From IMG/VR virus record IMGVR_UViG_3300005264_000064, positions 1 to 64,000 of that record: DNA of 64,000 nt, one strand, 5' to 3'. The notes below the pieces were generated by a model. The model had not been told where the DNA came from. It did not search any database and saw only the letters and a list, made by a program, of their open reading frames with translations. The translations under genes and the position numbers were made by a program. The DNA is from a virus. Below are positions 8,859 to 17,333 of the stretch, piece after piece (the first letter of the stretch is position 1; each line of letters opens with the position of its first letter).

Positions 8859-10859
8859 ATGAAGATAGATACTAAAGAGCTACTGAACGCACTAAAGTTA
8901 GACTTGCAAGCAGCTGAAGAGATGAAGGTGACTAACGACAGTAAAGTACAGAAAAGAAGAGATACCTACGAAGGTAAGCTGTACGGAAATGAAGAAGAGG
9001 GTAAGAGTAAAATTGTACCTAAGGTTGCTAAGAGACAAAGTGAATGGGCGCATGCAACAGTGAAGGATCCATTCGTTGGGAGTCCGGATATTGTAAAATG
9101 TAACCCGATTACTTTTGACGATACTCAGACAGCGAGGCAAGCGGAGATACTGTTGAATTTTCAGTTCTGTAGACAGTTCGATAGGTATGGCTTTATGACT
9201 AAGAGTCTTAAGGTGTTGGATGTCGATGCTACGTTAGTAGTACAAACTGGTTGGTTGTACGAGGATGAAGAAGTCGAAATTGAGAGAGAAGTTGTAGGTA
9301 TAGATGAGTACGGCAATGAATATGTGACCAGTGAGATAGTGACTGAGACAAAAGTGATTAAGAATAGACCTACTGCGAAAGTTTGTCGTAGTGAGGATGT
9401 TTATCTAGATCCGACGTGTCAGGATAATATGGATAATGCACAGTTCGTAATTTATAGGTATGAGACTGACCTCAGTACGTTGAGGAAGGATGGTAGGTAT
9501 CATCACCTTGATGACTTGTTGAAAGAGAGAAGTGACGACGATGCTTCTGAGTATGAGGTTAACGATGGAGCGTTTAAGTTCCAGGATGACCCTAGAAAGA
9601 AGATGGTTGTTTATGAGTACTGGGGAAACTATGACATTGATGATGACGGTGAAGTCGAGCAGATAGTGTGTGCTTGGGTTGGTGACATTGTTATCAGACT
9701 CGAGGACAATCCGTACCCAGATAAGAAGCCTCCGTTTATCGTAGTACCTTATAGTAGTGTACCGTTTGAGTTATATGGTGAAAATAACATGGATGTTATT
9801 GACGATCATCAGAAGGTAATAACTGCCGTGACTAGAGGTATAATTAATAACATGGCGCAAAGTACTAATGGACAAGTTGGCCTTAAGAAGGGGTCGTTGG
9901 ATCCTACACAAAGGAAGAAATTCTTTGCAGGCAAGAACTTTGAGTATAACGGAAACCAGGCAGACATATGGCAGGGTAGTTATAATCAGATTCCGTCGAG
10001 TGCCTTTGACATGTTGGGAATGATGAATAATGAGGTCGAGAGCCTGACAGGTATTAAGGGGTTTAGCGGTGGAATTAACGGTAACGGACTTGGAAGTAGT
10101 GCAACTGCTGCGAGGGGTGTACTGGATGCGACCAGTGTAAGAAGACTAGATTTAGTTAGAAACCTAGCAGAGAATTTGATCAAGCCGTTGATGAGAAAGT
10201 GGATGAGCTATAACTCAGAATTCCTAAGTGACGAAGAAGTGGTTAGAATTACTAGCGAGAAGTTTGTTGAAGTTAGACGTGATGACTTGGGCGGGAAGAT
10301 TGACATAGATATTGCCATCAGTACTGCAGAGGATAATGCTGCTAAGAGTCAGGAGTTAAGTTTTCTGTTGCAGACACTCGGTAATAGTGTACCGTTTGAG
10401 CTGACTCAGAAGGTGTTGGGTAAGATAGCAAGGCTGAGTCGTATGCCGGACTTAGAGAAGGAATTACTGGAGTTTAAACCAGAGCCGGATCCTATGGAGC
10501 AACAGCTTAAGCAATTGGAGATAGAGAAGTTGAAGGCAGAGATTGCAGCGATTAAAGCGGATACTAGAGAGAATCTAGGGGATGAAGCAGAGAAATTCGC
10601 GAAGGCTGATAAAATTAAAGCAGAGACTCAGAAGATATTGAGTGAGACTGAGAAAATTAGTAGCGAGAAAGACTTGAAAGATCTACAGTTCCTGAAAGAA
10701 GACGAGCAGATTGACGCGATAGTAAACAGAGAAAACCTGGCTATTAAGCATGCGCAGGAGTTAGAGAAAGCAGAACAGGCAAGGTTGATAAACTTAGAAG
10801 CAATGCAGCATCAAATGCGTGCTGGTGATAAAAACATAGGAGTAGTGACAAATGGGTAG
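8859..10859 (+). CDS. Portal protein (N4 gp59-like)
   Basis: GKSKIVPKVAKRQSEW, YEYWGNYDID, ENPYPDKKPPF-like, ISTAEDNAAKSQELSFLLQT. Confidence 0.9.
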   Translation: MKIDTKELLNALKLDLQAAEEMKVTNDSKVQKRRDTYEGKLYGNEEEGKSKIVPKVAKRQSEWAHATVKDPFVGSPDIVKCNPITFDDTQTARQAEILLNFQFCRQFDRYGFMTKSLKVLDVDATLVVQTGWLYEDEEVEIEREVVGIDEYGNEYVTSEIVTETKVIKNRPTAKVCRSEDVYLDPTCQDNMDNAQFVIYRYETDLSTLRKDGRYHHLDDLLKERSDDDASEYEVNDGAFKFQDDPRKKMVVYEYWGNYDIDDDGEVEQIVCAWVGDIVIRLEDNPYPDKKPPFIVVPYSSVPFELYGENNMDVIDDHQKVITAVTRGIINNMAQSTNGQVGLKKGSLDPTQRKKFFAGKNFEYNGNQADIWQGSYNQIPSSAFDMLGMMNNEVESLTGIKGFSGGINGNGLGSSATAARGVLDATSVRRLDLVRNLAENLIKPLMRKWMSYNSEFLSDEEVVRITSEKFVEVRRDDLGGKIDIDIAISTAEDNAAKSQELSFLLQTLGNSVPFELTQKVLGKIARLSRMPDLEKELLEFKPEPDPMEQQLKQLEIEKLKAEIAAIKADTRENLGDEAEKFAKADKIKAETQKILSETEKISSEKDLKDLQFLKEDEQIDAIVNRENLAIKHAQELEKAEQARLINLEAMQHQMRAGDKNIGVVTNG

Positions 10860-11163
10860 TGTACTGGACAGTAATGTAACGGGTGTGAGTGTTAACGCAG
10901 AGAAGGCAAAGGCGTATGACGCAAGTATTGCAGCAAGTAATATGAGTAAGGCTGCTGAAGCTGGGCGTGCTCAAGGTGTACAAGAGGGTGCACAAAGTAT
11001 GCTGAGTAGAGTAGCAGAGTACTTCAAAGGCTGGGGTGTACCCGAGACAGCAGAGTACGACGGCCTAGCAGGAAGAGGGTACGATCAGCTGATGGATCAG
11101 AGTAATTACAGACAAGGTATTGGTGCTTATAGTGATGGTACCGGCATGTACAACAGACAATAA
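10852..11163 (+). CDS. Hypothetical protein
   Basis: ORF overlapping the portal stop, with AGGAG RBS. Confidence 0.6.
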   Translation: MGSVLDSNVTGVSVNAEKAKAYDASIAASNMSKAAEAGRAQGVQEGAQSMLSRVAEYFKGWGVPETAEYDGLAGRGYDQLMDQSNYRQGIGAYSDGTGMYNRQ

Positions 11164-11172
11164 AGGATTAAT

Positions 11173-11424
11173 ATGGAACCACAAGGACAAGAAGGATTAG
11201 CAGGAATGGGCGTAGCACAAGACCCACAAGCACAGCAGATGGAACAAATGATACAGGAAGTAGCACAGCTGCTGATGCAGGGTATAAGTCCTGAAGAGTT
11301 GTTGCAAAAAGGAGTACCACAACAAGTAATCGAAGCAGCGATACAACTAGTGCAGCAACAAGGAATGGGCCAGGGTGTACCCGAACAACAGGGGCTCGCG
11401 GCAGGCGGAATGATGGCGGGTTAA
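11173..11424 (+). CDS. Hypothetical Gln-rich protein
   Basis: AAGGA RBS, low-complexity Q/G/M sequence. Confidence 0.65.
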   Translation: MEPQGQEGLAGMGVAQDPQAQQMEQMIQEVAQLLMQGISPEELLQKGVPQQVIEAAIQLVQQQGMGQGVPEQQGLAAGGMMAG

Positions 11425-11453
11425 GCCGTCCTTAAGAGATAGCAAGGTATAAT
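11421..11453 (+). promoter_or_regulatory. Promoter upstream of scaffold/capsid operon
   Basis: TTAAGC 11421, TTAAG 11432, GGTATAAT 11446-11453. Confidence 0.75.
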
Positions 11454-11502
11454 GGGTCAACGAATCACCGTGTATACGGACTCGAATTTAAAGTGAAAAG
11501 GA

Positions 11503-11802
11503 ATGATAATGTGTATCATTAACCAAGAAGCTGTAACATCAAGACCAGTAGAGTATTGGTTAGAGCAGGCAGGATGTTTAGAGAGATTGCAGAGTAATGC
11601 AGACTTTCAGACATTGATGAATGGGTATCTCGAGGATATGAGAGATACAGGAGTTGAGATGCTGGCAGGCATATCAGATGAACAGAGAAGTGAGGTTATC
11701 GAAGTACTCGTTGGAATTAGTTACCTTAGAGAACATCTACAAGATGTGAAAGAAATTGCCGAGAGTATCGAGCAAGATAGACTTGAAGGGGAACTAGAAT
11801 GA
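11503..11802 (+). CDS. N4 gp58-like small protein
   Basis: LERLQSNADFQTLMNGYL pattern, position between portal and scaffold. Confidence 0.55.
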   Translation: MIMCIINQEAVTSRPVEYWLEQAGCLERLQSNADFQTLMNGYLEDMRDTGVEMLAGISDEQRSEVIEVLVGISYLREHLQDVKEIAESIEQDRLEGELE

Positions 11803-12998
11803 GTACAGAAGTAGATATGTTGCATATGTCAGATGAAGATTTTGAAGCTGCGTTTAACCAAGAGGTGAGCACACCAGATGAAGAAATAGAGCAGGAAACT
11901 GTTGTCGATGAACCTGAAGAGGCAATCAAAGAGGACGAACCTGAAGTAATTGAAGGTAACAGCAAAGAAGAAGAAGAAGAAAATGTCTTGGAACAACCTG
12001 GTGATCAGGATTCCGATGATGAGGGTACTGCAGAGGTAGAGGAAGAAACTGAAGACGAAGGCTCAGAGGAAGACGAACCGACGGGTGAGGCTAAGGATGA
12101 GGAACCAGAGGCAGAAGTGGAAGTCAAAACTGAAGAAGTACAGACAACACCAGAGAAGCTAGTTTATAAAGCTAATGGGAAAGAGTTTGAATTTACACAA
12201 GAAGAGGTTGTCAAAGAGTTCGGTAAGACGTTTGCGCAGAGTATGAATTATACTCAGAAGATGCAGGCGATAGCACCGTACAAGAAGATGATTTCAGCTA
12301 TGGAAGAGGAAGGCTTGACGCAGGATGATATGAACTTGATGATCGACGTGTTGAAGGGTGACAAAGCAGCGACAGCAAGCTTACTAAAGAGAACAGGCGT
12401 AGAAGCACTCGATTTAGACGAAGATGTTGACGATGGGTATCAGCCTAACAGTTATGGTCGGAATGAGACTGAACTGGCAATTAAAGAAGTTGTTGACGAG
12501 ATCAGCAGTGACGTAGAGTACCAAGTAACACACCACGTGATAGAGAAAGAATGGGACGATAGAAGTAGGGATGCCTTTGTGAAGAATCCTCAACTGATTA
12601 AAGAGTTACATTCTGATGTACTGAACGGAGTGTACGATAAGGTGAGTCCAGCGGCGTTGAAGATGAAAGTCTTGGATGGTGCAAGGAGATCAGATTTAGA
12701 GTACTACGTGGCAGCAGGTCAGCAGTATTACGCTGAGAAGCAGCAGCAGAGATTGTCAGAGGAGAATAACGCTAGGTTAGCAAAAGAGGCCAAGCTGGAA
12801 GCAGCTAGGGTTCAGAAGCTTGAGCAAGTAAAACGTGAAGAGAAGGCAAGAGTAAACGTGACTCAGAAAAGTGAGCAACGTAGACGAGCAGCACCTACTA
12901 CTAGTAGAGCAGGAAAGCCAAGAGTTACCGATTACTTGAATACGGACAGAATGTCGGATGAGGAATTCTCTGCATTTATGGACAAACAACTAAAATAG
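11799..12998 (+). CDS. N4 gp57-like acidic scaffold-type protein
   Basis: Acidic N-terminus, YKANGKE, MNYTQKMQAIAP, terminal MSDEEF repeat, upstream of capsid gene. Confidence 0.75.
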   Translation: MSTEVDMLHMSDEDFEAAFNQEVSTPDEEIEQETVVDEPEEAIKEDEPEVIEGNSKEEEEENVLEQPGDQDSDDEGTAEVEEETEDEGSEEDEPTGEAKDEEPEAEVEVKTEEVQTTPEKLVYKANGKEFEFTQEEVVKEFGKTFAQSMNYTQKMQAIAPYKKMISAMEEEGLTQDDMNLMIDVLKGDKAATASLLKRTGVEALDLDEDVDDGYQPNSYGRNETELAIKEVVDEISSDVEYQVTHHVIEKEWDDRSRDAFVKNPQLIKELHSDVLNGVYDKVSPAALKMKVLDGARRSDLEYYVAAGQQYYAEKQQQRLSEENNARLAKEAKLEAARVQKLEQVKREEKARVNVTQKSEQRRRAAPTTSRAGKPRVTDYLNTDRMSDEEFSAFMDKQLK

Positions 12999-13007
12999 GA
13001 ATAAGAA

Positions 13008-14255
13008 ATGGCTTACGAACCAGGATTAAATTATAACGGAGGGACTACAGGAGCTCCTTCAACAGTAGATGGAGCAGCAGGAAATGGACAGTTAACACAG
13101 TACCATTATAACAAAAAGGCGATCATAGATATTAAAGACGAGATGATTTTATCTCAGATGTCAGGTACTATGGCTCAGCCAAAGCACAAGGGTAAAGAAG
13201 TAGTTAAACACAGATATGTTCCTTTATTAAGTGATGAGAACAACAATGCAGGTAATGTCGGTATCGATGCTGCTGGTGTTGAGTATGCTGGTGGTAACCT
13301 TTACGGTTCTAGCAGAGGAACTGGTTTTATTACAGGTAAACTACCTGACTTAGGTGAAGATAGCGGTAGAGTAAATAAGGTATCTTTCTCAAGAAAAGAA
13401 GTTAGAGGAAACATTGTTAATAGAGGATTTTTCTTTGAGTGGAGTAAGGATGAAGTTAACTTCGATTCTGATAAGAAATTCAAGCAACATGTGACTACAG
13501 AAGCTGTTAGAGGTGCGAATCAGATTAATGAAGACGTATTGGCTATTGAATTGATCAATGGTGCTGGTGTGAACTATTACGCAGGTGTAGCAACTACAGA
13601 TGCAACTATAGATGCAAGTTCAGTTCCTACGATTCAAGACTTAATTAGACTTGATACAGAGCTTGACAATAACAAGTGTCCTAGAGATACTAAAGTTATT
13701 ACAGGTAGTACACTCACTGATACTAAGACTGTTGCTGCAGCTAGATACATGTTTATATCTCCTGATGTAAAGATGGACTTTATGGCAATTAAAGCACTTA
13801 ACGGTGTTGATGACGCATTCGTTCCAGCTAACCAGTACGAAGCGGCTACAGGCAATAAGAAGATGATTAAGACTATTCACGGTGAGATAGGTAAAGTTGG
13901 TCCATTCAGAATTGTTGTTCATCCTAAGATGGTTAAGCTTTCTGATGCATCTGGCGCAGCAGTTGGTGCAGCGTGGACAAGTAATGTAACTAATGATCCT
14001 TTCAGAAATGATGGAAGTAAGTTCGAAGTTTATGCTAACCTTGTTGTTGGTTCAGAAGCGTTTACGCACATTGGATTTGAGTTCGGTGCAGGTACAGCAG
14101 GTAAGTTCGATGTTACAACTAAGAGTCCTGAAGAGTTAAGAAGTAAGGAAAACCCTTATGGAAAGACTGGTATGACAGTAATAGAGTTCTGGAACGGAAT
14201 TCTTATAGAACGTCCAGAGTGGATAGCTGTTTATAAAACATGTGCGTCTTACTAG
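13008..14255 (+). CDS. Major capsid protein (N4 gp56 family)
   Basis: YVPLLSD.N, GNLYGSSR, GRVNKVSFSR, FRIVVHP, NPYGKTG..IEFWNGILIERPEWIA. Confidence 0.9.
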   Translation: MAYEPGLNYNGGTTGAPSTVDGAAGNGQLTQYHYNKKAIIDIKDEMILSQMSGTMAQPKHKGKEVVKHRYVPLLSDENNNAGNVGIDAAGVEYAGGNLYGSSRGTGFITGKLPDLGEDSGRVNKVSFSRKEVRGNIVNRGFFFEWSKDEVNFDSDKKFKQHVTTEAVRGANQINEDVLAIELINGAGVNYYAGVATTDATIDASSVPTIQDLIRLDTELDNNKCPRDTKVITGSTLTDTKTVAAARYMFISPDVKMDFMAIKALNGVDDAFVPANQYEAATGNKKMIKTIHGEIGKVGPFRIVVHPKMVKLSDASGAAVGAAWTSNVTNDPFRNDGSKFEVYANLVVGSEAFTHIGFEFGAGTAGKFDVTTKSPEELRSKENPYGKTGMTVIEFWNGILIERPEWIAVYKTCASY

Positions 14256-14275
14256 TAAGTAACCACTGAAGACCA

Positions 14276-14308
14276 TTAAGCAAGGTTTAAGCGTATAAGT
14301 GATATAGC
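14276..14308 (+). promoter_or_regulatory. Weaker promoter of the same class (TTAAGC ... TGaTATAGC)
   Basis: TTAAGC 14276, TTAAGC 14287, -10-like element at 14303. Confidence 0.45.
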
Positions 14309-14339
14309 ACCTCTAAGATAACATCAAGGAGGTATCACG

Positions 14340-14531
14340 ATGATACACTACACTTACTTACTAATGGATCCGGACTCTGATAAAATGTATATCGGAGTCA
14401 GGTCCTATAAAGGCAACCCGGTAAACGAAGTAGTAGTGCAGTACTTACTAGGTGCAGGGGGTGTACCCATTCATCAAACACAGACAGCGAGCGGTGGCGA
14501 GAGTCCAATACGTCAGTATCACCAGACGTAA
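14340..14531 (+). pseudogene. GIY-YIG (Seg-like) homing endonuclease remnant
   Basis: HYTYLLMDPDSDKMYIGVRS resembles the GIY-YIG N-terminal strands, then the sequence degenerates. 63 aa only. Confidence 0.6.
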
Positions 14532-14557
14532 AACAAGATAACATATAAGGAAACAAG

Positions 14558-15055
14558 ATGACTAGAGATGAGTTAAAAGTAAAAGCGAAAGAGCTTGATG
14601 TAGAATATAAGAGTAATATTAGTACTGACAAGCTAGAAGAATTAGTGGAAGCCGCAGAGATGGCAAAAAAGGAAGCTGGGTATGAGAAACCAATAAAGAA
14701 GAAAGATGATGAGCCTAAGAGAGTTGATAAGGCGACTATGAGAAAGAACGCAATGCTGATGAAGAGATGTATTATTACACCACTTGATGAGAGACTCAGA
14801 GGAGCTCCAAGTGAGATGTACAGTGTAGGTAACGGGTCACTAGGATTTATTAAAAAAGTAGTACAGTTTGGTGTAGAAACTTTGGAGCCTATGGTAATAA
14901 TTGAGCATCTTAGAGATAAGCAGGCACTAATTCAGCAGGCTACTGTTGTAAAAGGTATGCCGAAAGTAACGAAGAAACTAGGTAAAGCATTTGCTATCGA
15001 GATGCTGCCGGATTACACTGAAGAAGAGTGGAAAGCAATTAAAGAGAACAAGTAA
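14558..15055 (+). CDS. N4 gp55-like protein with N-terminal helix-extension-helix
   Basis: DELKVKAKELDVEYKSNISTDKLEELV, and FAIEMLP near the C-terminus. Confidence 0.7.
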   Translation: MTRDELKVKAKELDVEYKSNISTDKLEELVEAAEMAKKEAGYEKPIKKKDDEPKRVDKATMRKNAMLMKRCIITPLDERLRGAPSEMYSVGNGSLGFIKKVVQFGVETLEPMVIIEHLRDKQALIQQATVVKGMPKVTKKLGKAFAIEMLPDYTEEEWKAIKENK

Positions 15056-15061
15056 TTAGTA

Positions 15062-15081
15062 GAGGTCCTAGTGGGGACCTC
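15062..15081 (+). terminator. Intergenic hairpin GAGGTCC-N6-GGACCTC
   Basis: Perfect 7-bp stem but no U-tract. Confidence 0.35.
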
Positions 15082-15107
15082 GTCTAAATACTTATAAGGA
15101 TTAATCA

Positions 15108-15758
15108 ATGGCATTGAATATAGAGAAAAGAGTTAGAGCACTAGCTACTGACAACTGGGGTGCCTGGACAATCACTACAGACGCACCGCCTTACACAGAT
15201 ACAAATTATACAGACATTGGGCTAGGATTAGCGCAGTACAGAGTCGCAAGTCTCACAGATATAAATATAGCAGATTTCACTAATGGTAGTGCAGTAGCAG
15301 TTGATGACGGTTTTGAGTGGGAGGGTACAGGTGTGTTTGATGTGCTCATGAAGGCAGTGAACGGCAATGTTCGAGTAGAGTTTGACAGTGGTAGAATTAC
15401 TGGGCCAGACTACGCTACAGTGTATTTAGGATCTATACAAACGGCCATTCAGTCGGCGATGCAGTTCTTATTACAAAAGCAGCAGACAGAAGCTCAGACA
15501 GATACAGCCAGAGAACAGAAAAACTTACTACTGAAACAACAGTTACTTGTCGAGAGACAGACTAAAGGGTTTGACGACGATGCTAAGCAGAAATTACTGA
15601 AGCAGACACTAGATAGTTGGTCAGTGGCGTATTCAGTAGCCCAAGATTCCAATTCAATTCCTGATACCATTAAAGTTAACGTAATTGATAGTATTATGAA
15701 AGATGCGTATACTAACCTAGGTATTGCGGTAACTAACGACCCTATCGGAGAACAGTAA
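15108..15758 (+). CDS. N4 gp54-like virion structural protein
   Basis: GTGVFDVLMKAV...EFDSGRITGPDYATVYLG, and GFDDDAKQK. Confidence 0.75.
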   Translation: MALNIEKRVRALATDNWGAWTITTDAPPYTDTNYTDIGLGLAQYRVASLTDINIADFTNGSAVAVDDGFEWEGTGVFDVLMKAVNGNVRVEFDSGRITGPDYATVYLGSIQTAIQSAMQFLLQKQQTEAQTDTAREQKNLLLKQQLLVERQTKGFDDDAKQKLLKQTLDSWSVAYSVAQDSNSIPDTIKVNVIDSIMKDAYTNLGIAVTNDPIGEQ

Positions 15759-15997
15759 TGGAAGAGGTACTAGAGTATATCAACTCCGAGATCAGAGAAG
15801 AGAGAGGCACTAGAGTGACTATCGATAGTAGTCTCCGAGATGCTGACCTGGACAGTTTTGGTATCACGATGGTGTTTGTGGCCCTTGATGGAGAATACGA
15901 TTATTTTACCAAAGGCGGGTACGGCAAAGACCCATTCAAAGAGATACAGTATGATAAAATTACTATTAAAGAGATTGTAGAGACATGTATGTTATAG
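15758..15997 (+). CDS. Acyl carrier protein-like
   Basis: 79 aa, acidic, L.DADLDSFG (phosphopantetheine-Ser motif), ends in TIKEIVE. Confidence 0.7.
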   Translation: MEEVLEYINSEIREERGTRVTIDSSLRDADLDSFGITMVFVALDGEYDYFTKGGYGKDPFKEIQYDKITIKEIVETCML

Positions 15998-16839
15998 ATT
16001 ACCAGTACAGGGTACCTACAGTTGACTGTGGGGACCACTTAGAGATAGAGGGGATTACTCGTGACGATTACACGACTGCACAGTATGTTGAAGGAGCTGA
16101 TAAGATAGTACTGACAAAGCCTACAGCAGTGCTATTCGCAGGAGGGGTGGGTATACATCAGTCTGAGAGTAGAGATGTAACTAGTACTAATAAGCGATAT
16201 GTTGGAAGCGTACCGTACGGTAAGAGTAAAATGCTGGTTAAGGAGATATCTGCGTACAGCCTACACAAGTGGGTTGGTGAGATGGAAAATAATGAGCTAG
16301 TGTGTTACGCGAGTATTAACCACAATACATGTGCTAGTAGTATGCACAGTGTCTACGAGGCACAGAGACTACTGGATAGTGGAGAAGTAGATGAAGTTAT
16401 TGTGATTACAGAGGAGAGAACGAGCTTTAACACGATCAGAATTTTCAAAGAGCACAACATCCCTCTTACAGTGAGTGATGGTTTTGCAATCGTCAGATTT
16501 GGAAGAGAAGGTGCTGTAGAGGTCACGGACACGAAGTGGAAGTATGAGTGGGGTAGAAACCCTTTTGGGACTAGCATTGAAGGGTACAAACTAGTAACAT
16601 CAGAATGTGATGTTGTTAAGCCTCATGGTACAGGGACAGACAGTAATAATGAAGCTGAGGTTGAGTTAGTTGCTGGTAAAAAGACAGTGTACTACAAGCC
16701 TAAGTATGGACATATGCAGGGTGCTAGCTCTCTAGTTGAGATGTGTCTAGTGATGGACGATGATAATGTACACGGGGACGTATTGTGTGTAGCGGCAGGT
16801 TTAGGGGGTTTCTACGGCTCTTGTGTGATACATAAATGA
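15985..16839 (+). CDS. Beta-ketoacyl-ACP synthase-like (thiolase fold, compact)
   Basis: TCASSMHS (Cys), PHGTGTDSNNEAE (His), KPKYGHMQGASSLVE (His), GLGG. Confidence 0.85.
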   Translation: MYVIDYQYRVPTVDCGDHLEIEGITRDDYTTAQYVEGADKIVLTKPTAVLFAGGVGIHQSESRDVTSTNKRYVGSVPYGKSKMLVKEISAYSLHKWVGEMENNELVCYASINHNTCASSMHSVYEAQRLLDSGEVDEVIVITEERTSFNTIRIFKEHNIPLTVSDGFAIVRFGREGAVEVTDTKWKYEWGRNPFGTSIEGYKLVTSECDVVKPHGTGTDSNNEAEVELVAGKKTVYYKPKYGHMQGASSLVEMCLVMDDDNVHGDVLCVAAGLGGFYGSCVIHK

Positions 16840-17333
16840 GAACAAGGTACAAGACAAAGGCAGGAGGAGTTTACGAAGTTAGAAAGTGCAGTATAGAAGA
16901 AGTAGCGGGACACTACCAGAAGCTTAAGGGGAGTACTGAAGACGTTAGTGAAGAGGAGTACTTAGGACGCATGACTAAAGCTGCGGAGCAGAAATGCGCG
17001 TGGGTAGTTATCAAAGACGGCGTAGAAGTAGCCCACATATATGTGTACAAAGTTATCAACATGTGGTTGACTGCTAGTATATGGAGTAAAGATACTATCG
17101 GGGCGTTATTGATGTTCAAGGCGCTACACGATGAGCTGGGGAATATAACAATTAGGCATATACCGCATGCGGATAGGCCTATGGAGCTTAAGTCACTAGC
17201 AACTAAGAAAAGTATTAGGTTGTTCCATGCAGGTAATGAGTATGTACGAATTAGTACCAAAGAGATGGAAACGAAATATAGGCGAATGTATGAAGTACTA
17301 GGAGTCCAGAAATGCCAGGAGCAAAAAAAGTAG
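16836..17333 (+). CDS. Hypothetical protein, possibly GNAT-like acyltransferase
   Basis: AWVVIKDGVEVAHIYV strand pattern, translationally coupled to the KS gene. Confidence 0.35.
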   Translation: MRTRYKTKAGGVYEVRKCSIEEVAGHYQKLKGSTEDVSEEEYLGRMTKAAEQKCAWVVIKDGVEVAHIYVYKVINMWLTASIWSKDTIGALLMFKALHDELGNITIRHIPHADRPMELKSLATKKSIRLFHAGNEYVRISTKEMETKYRRMYEVLGVQKCQEQKK

